From IMG/VR virus record IMGVR_UViG_3300025736_000015: DNA of 20,000 nucleotides; one strand, given 5' to 3'. Below the pieces are notes generated by a model. The model saw only the letters and a program-made list of their open reading frames with translations, searched no databases and was not told the DNA's origin. Position 1 is the stretch's first letter. Each line of letters starts with the position of its first letter. This stretch comes from an uncultured virus (IMG/VR IMGVR_UViG_3300025736_000015). Lineage: Duplodnaviria > Heunggongvirae > Uroviricota > Caudoviricetes. Below, in pieces: positions 8,265 to 16,535 of the stretch. The translations under genes were made by a program, and so were the position numbers.

Positions 8265-9334
8265 GGAAAGTTACGGCACATTTTATCTTCACGGAAGACT
8301 TTATCAAGTATCTCTTGTTGAGGACTATATGTACAACGGTAAGGGCATTTCAGAGGGTCAAGATTTTTCAAAATCTTTTTATGCTTAGATGAACCCCAGA
8401 CATCAAGAATATCTTTCCATTTGCAAAGACGCCCCATTTTTTCACCTCTCAAATCACAACAAATATAGGCATATCCATCAGCAGCAAAAGTAAGACCAGC
8501 AATAGGAGTAACTTCACATTTTTTAATAACTTTCTTTTTAAAATCATTATCAAACTTATGAGTAATACCATAAACATGAAAATCATCAGAATCAAAAAAT
8601 GATTGTGCCTGATAAATCTGTTGCAAAACAACATCTATCATCTCAGGCTTCCATTTAATACCAGGACCATATGCAGGACGAGCATGAAAATCATCAACAC
8701 CAATATCATGAGCAAGCTGAACAGCCTGATATAATTCAGCATAATTCCATGGATGAATCAGAAATTTAAAACCAACACTAGGCGACCTATTGTTTTTTCG
8801 TTTCTCAACCAAATCTTTAAGATTCTGAATAACCCGATGAAACTCATTAGATGTACCACCTTTAAGTTTTTTATAAGTACCTGGAAAACCAGCATCAACA
8901 CTGACACCAATCCAGCGACAACTATATAAAATATCATCCATAAACTTATTGATAAGAATACCATTGGTGATACTACCAACTTCTATGCTATTATCTTTCA
9001 AACGGCGAATGAACTTACCAGAATAAGGATGCATAAATGGTTCTCCACCTCCACTATAGCAACAACTTTTCACTTCAAGTTTTGGTAAATTATCAGCTAG
9101 CCATTTTAAATCTTCTTCAGGCACAGTCTTCTTTTGTTCCTCCCTATATTGTGAGTACTGGCAGAAATCACAAGATAGATTACAAGTGTTTGTACTATCT
9201 ACAGTAACAGATACAGGCTTAGGTATGTTTCCTTTAACTATTTCTTCAAATTGTTCACGCCAAGCCAAGACCTTCAAACTATTAAAAGGATTAAACACAT
9301 TTTCCCATTCTTTCAATTCATCTTTGAAAACCAT
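8261..9334 (-). CDS. Radical SAM enzyme with C-terminal SPASM/twitch-like Cys cluster
   Basis: CNLSCDFC (CxxxCxxC), SGGGEP, ITNG, VSVDA; C-terminal CEVT...DGYAYICCD...CPYRC; AGGAG RBS on minus strand. Confidence 0.92.
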   Translation of the reverse strand: MVFKDELKEWENVFNPFNSLKVLAWREQFEEIVKGNIPKPVSVTVDSTNTCNLSCDFCQYSQYREEQKKTVPEEDLKWLADNLPKLEVKSCCYSGGGEPFMHPYSGKFIRRLKDNSIEVGSITNGILINKFMDDILYSCRWIGVSVDAGFPGTYKKLKGGTSNEFHRVIQNLKDLVEKRKNNRSPSVGFKFLIHPWNYAELYQAVQLAHDIGVDDFHARPAYGPGIKWKPEMIDVVLQQIYQAQSFFDSDDFHVYGITHKFDNDFKKKVIKKCEVTPIAGLTFAADGYAYICCDLRGEKMGRLCKWKDILDVWGSSKHKKILKNLDPLKCPYRCTYSPQQEILDKVFREDKMCRNFP

Positions 9335-9346
9335 TTTTTATCTCCT

Positions 9347-9577
9347 CTATTTTGAAGCATGCCCATATTTATCAAGTAGAACATTCAATGCCTCATCAAT
9401 ATCAACACAACCAGTAAAAACCATTAATTTTTCAACTGTATCATCAGAGAGGTTGATATGTTTTTCCTGTTCTACACAAACATCAAGTAATCTATTAATA
9501 AGGTTGTCATGTTTTTCACCACGTTGACAGTGTTTATGAAGACGGTCCAATGTATTTTTTTTCACAGAAACAGCCAT
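9347..9577 (-). CDS. Small DNA-binding protein with two ribbon-helix-helix-like units
   Basis: VSVKKNTLDRLHKHCQRGEKHDNLINRLLD resembles archaeal RHH-like proteins (alternating strand, T..RL, GE..D..I.RLLD); second unit INLSDDTVEKL...IDEALNVLLD. Confidence 0.7.
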   Translation of the reverse strand: MAVSVKKNTLDRLHKHCQRGEKHDNLINRLLDVCVEQEKHINLSDDTVEKLMVFTGCVDIDEALNVLLDKYGHASK

Positions 9578-9585
9578 AATGCTTG

Positions 9586-9617
9586 TGTCATATTGTCAAT
9601 GACTTTATAAATCTTTT
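9586..9617 (-). promoter_or_regulatory. Archaeal-type promoter (purine-rich BRE + TTTATAAA) with TGACA-ATA-TGACA motif
   Basis: Minus strand reads AAAAAGA-TTTATAAA-GTCAT-TGACA-ATA-TGACA-CAAGCATT-ATG; 26 nt between TATA and ATG, no SD, so probably leaderless. Confidence 0.7.
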
Positions 9618-9727
9618 TAATTAAAAACCATTTTTCCAACAATCATAAAAAAAAAGTATTGTTTTTGTATTTATGTAGGAAAAATAACTCATTGGGCTTT
9701 AAGTTCCTATGTCAACATCTTATAATT

Positions 9728-10252
9728 ATGTTAGAATATATCATGTTGCTATTAATGGCAATACTATTCACAAAACTTATATACCGAAGAAGAAATATTG
9801 ATACAGGTGAAGTGATGGCATCTCTGCCAAATCTAAACAGAACAGAAATAGATAAAACCATTAACAAATTTGAAAAGAAAAACGGTAACAGACTAAAAAA
9901 CTTTTCTCTCAAAGAAATAGTATTAATGTTCCATAAAGACACAAAAGGCGATATACAAAAAATAAATAACAAAATGGACAAACACATCGAACAGTCCGAG
10001 GAAAGAATGGCGATAGGAACCAAGTATATGTCAGACCACGACATGTTAATTCAAAGAGTAACAGATAACTTAAATCATATAGTAAAGGAAATGCCTGAAA
10101 AAGGATTCTGTGAAAAAATAAACAAAACACTTTATGATGAAACAGGAAAAGACAAAGTAGAACTTATGTGGCATGACCGAAGATGGATAAAGGCACTCAT
10201 AGGAGTAGTTCTTGCAATGGGTGGAATACAGATTATAATACAGTTTGCATAA
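9728..10252 (+). CDS. Membrane protein with N- and C-terminal hydrophobic helices and a central helical/coiled-coil region (174 aa)
   Basis: MLEYIMLLLMAILFTKL and WIKALIGVVLAMGGIQIIIQFA; TTTAAG TATA-like at 9698-9703 is 30 nt before ATG 9728, favouring it over 9659. Confidence 0.75.
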   Translation: MLEYIMLLLMAILFTKLIYRRRNIDTGEVMASLPNLNRTEIDKTINKFEKKNGNRLKNFSLKEIVLMFHKDTKGDIQKINNKMDKHIEQSEERMAIGTKYMSDHDMLIQRVTDNLNHIVKEMPEKGFCEKINKTLYDETGKDKVELMWHDRRWIKALIGVVLAMGGIQIIIQFA

Positions 10253-10278
10253 AACTGTTTGTAATAGAGGGATAACTC

Positions 10279-11403
10279 ATGGGTTGGCTTAGCGGATGGA
10301 GTAAAAGAGTAAAAATAACAATAGATAGTGGAGATATATCTGCTACATTAGCTGATTTTCCAATTCTCATTTATCTTAGTGCTTCATCAGGTATTGATTC
10401 TGAAGATATAACATTTGTTTTTGATGAAGTTGGTGTTAATAGTAAAAAAATAGCTGTAACAAAAGATGATGGTACAACTGAATGTTATGTTGAAATAGAG
10501 CATTGGGATAATGGAAACAATAAAGCATGGCTCTGGTCAAAAATACCAGCTATTGCTAGTGGTTCCAACACTGATTTTTATCTCTATTATGACAATAGCC
10601 ATGCTGATAATGATGCATATGTAGGTATTACTAATTCAGTAGTTGCTGAAAATGTTTGGGATGTAAATTTTTTAATGGTTCAACATATGAAAGATGACCC
10701 AGATACATCACATATTCGTGATAGTACATCTTATGATAATGATGGAACTAAAAAAGGAGCAAATGAACCAGCTGTTACTACAAGTGGCAAAATAGATGAT
10801 GCACAACATTTTGATGGTTCAGATGATAAAATAACAATATCTGATGATACAGAATTACAAATTTCTGGCAATATAACTGTTGAAGCATGGGTTAACGGTG
10901 ATACATATACTTTAGCAAAGTTTTTTGCACCAGTATCTAAATGGAATGATAGAGATGGAAATCTTCGTTGTTATCTATTAGGCATTAATGAAAATGAGCC
11001 AAGATTTTATATTTCTTCAGATGGGACTAATGCTTTAAAGGCGACTTCTTCTGAAACTTTTAATACTGGGACTTGGTATCATTTTGTAGGAACATTTGAT
11101 ACTGATATTCTAAGAGTTTATCTTAATGGTATTTTGAGAGGTAGTACTGATATAGCTGAAAGTTCTATTCATACAAATAATGAGGATGTATCTATAAGCA
11201 ATGATAGAGCAGGTGGAACCAAAGGACAGTTTTTTGATGGTATAATTGATGAAGCACGTATTTCAGATATAGAACGACCAATTTCTTGGATTAAAGCATC
11301 ATATGAGACAGGTGATGATGACATATTAACATACGGTAATGAGGAAGAAGCTAGTGGAGTGCCTGCTTGGCTTACAATGACAACGAACTGGACATGTAAA
11401 TGA
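10279..11403 (+). CDS. DUF2341 + LamG/ConA-like jelly-roll surface protein
   Basis: WLSGWSKRVKITID, DGTTECYVEIEHWD, AWLWSKIP, YLYYDN (DUF2341); FDGSDD, TVEAWV, WYHFVGTF, YLNG, FDGIIDEARIS (LamG); GAGGG RBS. Confidence 0.9.
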   Translation: MGWLSGWSKRVKITIDSGDISATLADFPILIYLSASSGIDSEDITFVFDEVGVNSKKIAVTKDDGTTECYVEIEHWDNGNNKAWLWSKIPAIASGSNTDFYLYYDNSHADNDAYVGITNSVVAENVWDVNFLMVQHMKDDPDTSHIRDSTSYDNDGTKKGANEPAVTTSGKIDDAQHFDGSDDKITISDDTELQISGNITVEAWVNGDTYTLAKFFAPVSKWNDRDGNLRCYLLGINENEPRFYISSDGTNALKATSSETFNTGTWYHFVGTFDTDILRVYLNGILRGSTDIAESSIHTNNEDVSISNDRAGGTKGQFFDGIIDEARISDIERPISWIKASYETGDDDILTYGNEEEASGVPAWLTMTTNWTCK

Positions 11404-11462
11404 TGCAAAAACTAAAAATAATACTAACTATATATTTAATATAAGTGTGAAGTGAAAACAAT

Positions 11463-11627
11463 ATGGCTGAAGGAGGAATAAATGTACCAAAAGTTGTTGC
11501 CCTTATCTTTGGATTAGGTGTAGCAAGCTATGCGTTATTCTGGTGTTTTACCCAGTTAAGAGAAGGAATACGAGTTGAACTAAACGCTCAGCCATTTTAT
11601 GAAGGAAAAAAGAAAAGGTTAAAATAA
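11463..11627 (+). CDS. Small single-pass membrane protein (54 aa, MAEGGINVPKVVALIFGLGVASYALFWCFTQLREG...KKKRLK)
   Basis: Not in the ORF track; GAAGTGA RBS-like motif at 11449-11455; stop 1 nt before next ATG; hydrophobic helix and basic tail. Confidence 0.75.
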   Translation: MAEGGINVPKVVALIFGLGVASYALFWCFTQLREGIRVELNAQPFYEGKKKRLK

Positions 11628-11628
11628 T

Positions 11629-11835
11629 ATGGAAACAGGTAGCTTTGGAATTGGACTTGGTATTGGCCTTGCATTAGGTGTTGTACTAGGTTTAACTGTA
11701 ATGATGTTATTAAAAAACAATGAAAGCCAAACCAACTCAGGTGTAATGTATACATATGACAAAGACAACAGGCTCCAATCAATGGTTCCAGTAAACAAAA
11801 ATGTTGAACTAGTTACGTTAAAAGAAGTAAAGTAA
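11629..11835 (+). CDS. Small single-pass membrane protein with YxYDxxxRL motif
   Basis: Gly-rich TM GIGLGIGLALGVVLGL; paralogous to 11886-12116. Confidence 0.8.
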   Translation: METGSFGIGLGIGLALGVVLGLTVMMLLKNNESQTNSGVMYTYDKDNRLQSMVPVNKNVELVTLKEVK

Positions 11836-11885
11836 GCAAAACTCTTATTAAGTATATAATGCATTTTTCTTTTAAGGTGAAGTAG

Positions 11886-12116
11886 ATGGAATTAAGAAAT
11901 AATTCAAGTAATGCTGGTATCTTAATTGCTATTGGTTTAGCTCTGGGACTTGGGATATGTGCAATAATTATATTGAATAATATTTCCCAAAATATAAAAC
12001 TAACAGCTATTCAATCTCAAAATAACGATGCAGGTGTTTCATATGTTTATGATGAAAACGGCAGGCTAAAGGCCATGATACCTGTAAGTTTAAAGGGATT
12101 ACATGAAATTAATTGA
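11886..12116 (+). CDS. Small single-pass membrane protein with YxYDxxxRL motif
   Basis: AGGTGA RBS at 11875-11880; TM ILIAIGLALGLGICAIIIL; paralogous to 11629-11835. Confidence 0.8.
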   Translation: MELRNNSSNAGILIAIGLALGLGICAIIILNNISQNIKLTAIQSQNNDAGVSYVYDENGRLKAMIPVSLKGLHEIN

Positions 12117-12594
12117 GCATGCCAAAGAAATGGCAGCAACGATTATAGCAAATCAGGATACAACGGTTAGTGTAAAAGGTAGCAATGCTAAAAAAGTTGA
12201 TATAGTAGATTTTTCTAAATCACTTAGGAAAAAAACTAAGACTGTTGGACCAGATACTCAGATACGTGTAGGTGTTAAAAGCCCTGCTATAATAATAAAT
12301 GAAACTAGTTCCGGTTCCATAGAAGAGTTTGTAGCTATCTCACCAAATAATAATTTTGCTGTTTTTATCCAATCTAATGGTGGAAGAGTTAAACTTGATA
12401 AAACATGGGCTGAATTATCGGGTATATCTGCTCAGGCATTTGATATAGCAGCATTTGAAGATGCTAATGGCAATTATGTTCTTAATATTAAAAAATATCG
12501 TTGGCAGGAAGAAATGATACTTAAATTGCGGTCAACTAGTGGAAGTTTTCTATTTAATGAAGTATATGCAAATTGGTATGTTTATGGAGAATAA
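12103..12594 (+). CDS. Hypothetical protein, likely beta-rich structural protein (163 aa)
   Basis: Long ORF overlapping the previous stop and ending 2 nt before the next ATG; no recognisable family. Confidence 0.8.
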   Translation: MKLIEHAKEMAATIIANQDTTVSVKGSNAKKVDIVDFSKSLRKKTKTVGPDTQIRVGVKSPAIIINETSSGSIEEFVAISPNNNFAVFIQSNGGRVKLDKTWAELSGISAQAFDIAAFEDANGNYVLNIKKYRWQEEMILKLRSTSGSFLFNEVYANWYVYGE

Positions 12595-12596
12595 AT

Positions 12597-15500
12597 ATGG
12601 GAGACCAAGCATTAGATTACTTGAGACGGATATACGAGAGTGGGCAAACTACAGTAGTTTCAGGTATAGTTAGTATATCAGGTCAACCGGTAACTATTTC
12701 TGGTGACCATGTTTTTGTTGAAAGTGGTGTTTATGTTATAGCTGATGTTGCAGTAGAAGTATCTAGTGGTTTGCATATAATGATTTCTGGTCAACCTGTG
12801 ACTATTTCTGGTGACCATGTTTTTGTTGAAAGTGGTGTTTATGTTATAGCTGATGTTGCAGTAGAAGTATCTAGTGGTTTGCATATAATGATTTCTGGTC
12901 AGCCTGTAACTATTTCTGGTGACCATGTGTATGTTGAAAGTGGTGTTTTTGCTAATGCACTGGTTTCAGGAACTGTTTATGTTGAAAATGTTCCTCAAAC
13001 TAGATTGGATGTTACTACTCAATCTGGTATTGGTGTTTTGATTTCTGGTCAGCACATATATGTTGAAAGTGGTGTTCATGTAGTTGGTGATTTTGCTACA
13101 ACTACGAATGTTTCTGGTCAACCTGTAACTATTTCTGGTGACCATGTTTATGTAGAATCTGGTGTTTATGTTATTGCAACAGTTTCTGTTGATTCGGGTC
13201 TTGGTGTTGTAATCCAGTCTGGTGCTGGTGTTCAGATTGATTCCGGTGTTGGAGTTCAGGTGCAGTCTGGTTTTGGTATTGTTCTTGCTAGTGGTCTTTA
13301 TGTCGTTGCGGATATTGCTGAGTCTGGTATCGGTGTCCAAATTCAGTCTGGTGTTGGTGTTCAGGTTCAAAGTGGTCTTCATGTTGAACAAGTTGATGTT
13401 ATACATAGTGGTCTGGTTGATATTCAATCAGGTGCTGGTGTTTTAATTCAGTCTGGTGTGGGTGTTCAAGTTCAATCTGGATATGGCGTCATTATCGCTT
13501 CAGGTTTGCATGTTACAGCGGATATTGCTGAGTCTGGTATTGGTGTTCAAACTCAGTCGGGTATTGGTGTTCTTGTTTCTGGTCAATGGGTTACTGTTGC
13601 TTCTGGTCTGGGTGTTGTAATCCAGTCTGGAGCTGGTGTTCAGATTGATTCCGGTGTTGGAGTTCAGGTGCAGTCTGGCTATGGTGTCATTATTGCTTCA
13701 GGTTTGCATGTCACAGCAGATATTGCTGAGTCTGGTATCGGTGTCCAAATTCAGTCTGGTGTGGGTGTTCAGGTTCAAAGTGGTCTGCATGTTGAACAAG
13801 TTGATTACATTCAAAGTGGATTAATCGACATTCAATCTGGTGCTGGTGTTCAGATTCAATCTGGTGCTGGTGTTCAGATTGATTCTGGCGTTGGTGTCCA
13901 GGTACAATCTGGTTATGGCGTTATTATTGCCAGTGGTTTGTATGTAAATGCTGGAATAACTGGTGGTGTGACATCTGGTTCTATTCAGGTTTCTGGTACT
14001 GTTGCTGTGTCGGGTCTTGTTGGTGTTCAGTCTGGTGAAGTTCATATTTTGAGTGGTCTTGTTGTTGTTAGTTCTGGTCTGATTGATATTAATATTGCTG
14101 GTGTTCAGGTGAGTGGTACTGTTGCTATTTCTGGTGGTGTGATTGTTTCTGGTACTGTCAATGTTGCTTCTGGTGTATTTTTTGCTAGTGGTATTGGTGT
14201 TCTTACTGCTACTGCTTCTGGGACTTATGGTGCTTCTGGTGTTGGTGTTTTGATTCAGTCTGGTGCTGGTGTTCAGATTGATTCTGGCGTTGGTGTTCAA
14301 GTTCAGTCTGGTTATGGTGTTGTTATTGCTAGTGGTTTGTATGTTGTTGCGGATATTGCTGAGTCTGGTATTGGTGTCCAAATTCAATCTGGTGCTGGTG
14401 TTCAAATCCAATCTGGTATTGGTGTCTTGGTTTCTGGTCAGTGGGTTACTGTTGCTTCTGGTCTTATGGATGTTGATGTTTCTATTGATTCTGGTCTTGG
14501 TGTTCTTGTTTCTGGTCAGTTTACTTCTCAGTCTGGTCTCGGTGTTTTAATTCAGTCTGGTGCGGGTGTTCAGATTGATTCTGGTAAAGGTGTTCTTGTT
14601 CAATCTGGTGTTTATATTATTGGAACTTTTTCTTGTTCAATAAGTGGCAATCCTGTAACAATAAGTGGTAATGTTGTAAGCATAAGTGGGAATCTAGTGG
14701 CTATTGCATCTGGTTTAGTTCAAGTTCAATCTGGTGCTTATTTTGCTAGTGGTGTGGGTGTTCAAGTTCAATCTGGTGTGGGTGTTCAGGTTCAAAGTGG
14801 TCTGCATGTTGAACAAGTTGATGTTATACATAGTGGTCTGGTTGATATTCAATCAGGTGCTGGTGTTTTAATTCAGTCTGGTGTTGGTGTTCAGGTCCAA
14901 TCTGGTTATGGTGTTATTGTTGCTAGCGGTCTTTATGTCGTTGCGGATATTGCTGAGTCTGGTATCGGTGTTCAGGTCCAATCTGGTGCTGGTGTTCAAA
15001 TCCAATCTGGTGTTGGTGTCTTGGTTTCTGGTCAGTGGGTTACTGTTGCTTCTGGTCTTATGGATGTTGATGTTTCTATTGATTCTGGTCTTGGTGTTCT
15101 TGTTTCTGGTCAGTTTACTTCTCAGTCTGGTCTTGGTGTTCAGATTAGGTCTGGAGAAGGTGTTCAGGTTCAATCTGGTTATGGTGTCATTATTGCCAGT
15201 GGTTTATTTGTAGTTGCGGATATTGCTGAGTCTGGTATCGGTGTTCAAGTTCAATCTGGTCTGCATGTTGAGCAAGTTGATTATATTCAAAGTGGATTAA
15301 TCGACATTCAGTCTGGTGCAGGAGTGCTGATACAATCAGGTGCTGGTGTTCAAATCCAATCAGGTGCTGGTGTTCAAATCCAATCTGGTATTGGTGTCTT
15401 GGTTTCTGGTCAGTGGGTTACTGTTGCTTCTGGTGTTATTGACACAGTTGTCACAACTCCTATTACTTCTGGTTCTGTTATTATCAGTGGAAACATTAGT

Positions 15501-16520
15501 ATTCAGTCTGGTCTTGTTGGTGTTCAGTCTGGTGAGGTTCATATTCTTAGTGGTATTGTCGTTGTTGGTTCTGGTTTGATTGATATTAACCTTGGTGGTG
15601 TTCAGGTTAGTGGTACTGTTGCTGTGTCCGGTGGTGTGATTGTTTCTGGTACTGTTCAGGCTTGTGTTAGTGGGTCAGTTTTTATTTTGAGCGGTTTGAT
15701 TGATAGCCTGTCTGGTGTTGGTGTTCAGGTTCAATCTGGTTATGGTGTTATTGTTGCTTCTGGTTTGTTTGTTACGGCTGCAGGGTTAGATTGTTCTATT
15801 AGTGGGAACATTATTAGCATAAGTGGTTCAGTTGAAGTCAATTCTGGTGTTGTTGATATTCAGTCTGGTGCTTATGCCGCTAGTGGTGTGGGCGTTCAAG
15901 TTCAGTCTGGTGTTGGTGTTCAGGTCCAATCTGGTTATGGTGTTATTGTTGCTAGCGGTCTTTATGTCGTTGCGGATATTGCTGAGTCTGGTATCGGTGT
16001 CCAAATTCAATCTGGTGCTGGTGTTCAGATTCAGTCTGGTGTTGGTGTCTTGGTTTCTGGTCAGTGGGTTGAAGCTCATATCCTTAGTGGCACTGTTGAG
16101 GCTACTGCGAATATTAGTGGTCAGTGGGTTGAAGTCCATATTGTTAGTGGAAATGTCACTATTATTTCTGGTCCACCTGGTGTTCAGGTGAGTGGTACTG
16201 TTGCTATTAGTGGTTCAGTAGATATAGCTATACCAAGTGCAGTAGTAATAAATGATACAGCGATAAATCCACAACCAATAACAGCTAATTCAGGCGGTGA
16301 AATGTTAACATCTGCAGCAATAATTAGTGTCATAGTAAAAGCATGTACATCTAATGCAGACGCTGTCTTTATCGGAGGATATAATGACCAACCGAATAGT
16401 GGTATTGGTTTAGAGATGTATGCTGGCGAAGCAGTAAACGTAGATATAGATGAACTTGGTAAAGTATGGGCATGTGCTCTTACTAGTGGAGATAAAGTAT
16501 CATATTTAGCTGTTACATGA
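12597..16520 (+). CDS. Giant Ser-Gly/Val repeat protein (~1307 aa), probable beta-solenoid fibre with small C-terminal globular domain
   Basis: GGAG at 12587-12590 supports ATG 12597; repeats QSGVGVQV/QSGAGVQI/ADIAESGIGV; non-repetitive C-terminus VIVKA...VFIGG...GLEMYAGE...KVSYLAVT. Confidence 0.9.
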   Translation: MGDQALDYLRRIYESGQTTVVSGIVSISGQPVTISGDHVFVESGVYVIADVAVEVSSGLHIMISGQPVTISGDHVFVESGVYVIADVAVEVSSGLHIMISGQPVTISGDHVYVESGVFANALVSGTVYVENVPQTRLDVTTQSGIGVLISGQHIYVESGVHVVGDFATTTNVSGQPVTISGDHVYVESGVYVIATVSVDSGLGVVIQSGAGVQIDSGVGVQVQSGFGIVLASGLYVVADIAESGIGVQIQSGVGVQVQSGLHVEQVDVIHSGLVDIQSGAGVLIQSGVGVQVQSGYGVIIASGLHVTADIAESGIGVQTQSGIGVLVSGQWVTVASGLGVVIQSGAGVQIDSGVGVQVQSGYGVIIASGLHVTADIAESGIGVQIQSGVGVQVQSGLHVEQVDYIQSGLIDIQSGAGVQIQSGAGVQIDSGVGVQVQSGYGVIIASGLYVNAGITGGVTSGSIQVSGTVAVSGLVGVQSGEVHILSGLVVVSSGLIDINIAGVQVSGTVAISGGVIVSGTVNVASGVFFASGIGVLTATASGTYGASGVGVLIQSGAGVQIDSGVGVQVQSGYGVVIASGLYVVADIAESGIGVQIQSGAGVQIQSGIGVLVSGQWVTVASGLMDVDVSIDSGLGVLVSGQFTSQSGLGVLIQSGAGVQIDSGKGVLVQSGVYIIGTFSCSISGNPVTISGNVVSISGNLVAIASGLVQVQSGAYFASGVGVQVQSGVGVQVQSGLHVEQVDVIHSGLVDIQSGAGVLIQSGVGVQVQSGYGVIVASGLYVVADIAESGIGVQVQSGAGVQIQSGVGVLVSGQWVTVASGLMDVDVSIDSGLGVLVSGQFTSQSGLGVQIRSGEGVQVQSGYGVIIASGLFVVADIAESGIGVQVQSGLHVEQVDYIQSGLIDIQSGAGVLIQSGAGVQIQSGAGVQIQSGIGVLVSGQWVTVASGVIDTVVTTPITSGSVIISGNISIQSGLVGVQSGEVHILSGIVVVGSGLIDINLGGVQVSGTVAVSGGVIVSGTVQACVSGSVFILSGLIDSLSGVGVQVQSGYGVIVASGLFVTAAGLDCSISGNIISISGSVEVNSGVVDIQSGAYAASGVGVQVQSGVGVQVQSGYGVIVASGLYVVADIAESGIGVQIQSGAGVQIQSGVGVLVSGQWVEAHILSGTVEATANISGQWVEVHIVSGNVTIISGPPGVQVSGTVAISGSVDIAIPSAVVINDTAINPQPITANSGGEMLTSAAIISVIVKACTSNADAVFIGGYNDQPNSGIGLEMYAGEAVNVDIDELGKVWACALTSGDKVSYLAVT
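12693..12901 (+). repeat. 108-bp (36-codon) tandem duplication within the giant gene
   Basis: 12693-12793 is identical to 12801-12901; a degenerate partial third copy follows. Confidence 0.9.
14391..15133 (+). repeat. Near-identical ~150-bp blocks 594 bp apart within the giant gene
   Basis: 14391-14539 and 14985-15133 both encode GAGVQIQSG(I/V)GVLVSGQWVTVASGLMDVDVSIDSGLGVLVSGQFTSQSGL. Confidence 0.85.
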
Positions 16521-16535
16521 AGTGATTAAAACATG
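16497..16535 (+). repeat. Gene-junction sequence duplicated at 18323-18359
   Basis: GTATCATATTTAGCTGTTACATGAAGTGATTAAAACATG versus GTGACATACTTAGCTGTCACATGAAGTGATTAAAATG. Confidence 0.85.

Noticed and set aside
394..8979. Short antisense or alternate-frame ORFs within the enzyme genes (e.g. 394-693, 984-1169, 3114-3332, 4899-5115, 5856-6152, 8449-8979)
   Set aside because: They overlap well-supported genes and lack expression signals or recognisable motifs
9186..9527. 113-aa plus-strand ORF
   Set aside because: Antisense to the radical SAM and RHH-like genes; no RBS or motif
9659..9727. Upstream start for the 10252-ending gene (likewise starts at 1591, 12573 and 18348)
   Set aside because: TATA or RBS positions favour ATGs at 9728, 1609, 12597 and 18357
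12690..16100. Possible CRISPR array or non-coding tandem repeat
   Set aside because: Repeats are in-frame coding modules with no constant repeat/unique spacer pattern; no cas genes in the window
12678..16191. Many N/T/R-rich minus-strand and L/V-rich alternate-frame ORFs over the giant gene
   Set aside because: Shadows of the repetitive GGT/GTT/TCT codons; variation between repeat copies is synonymous in the main frame
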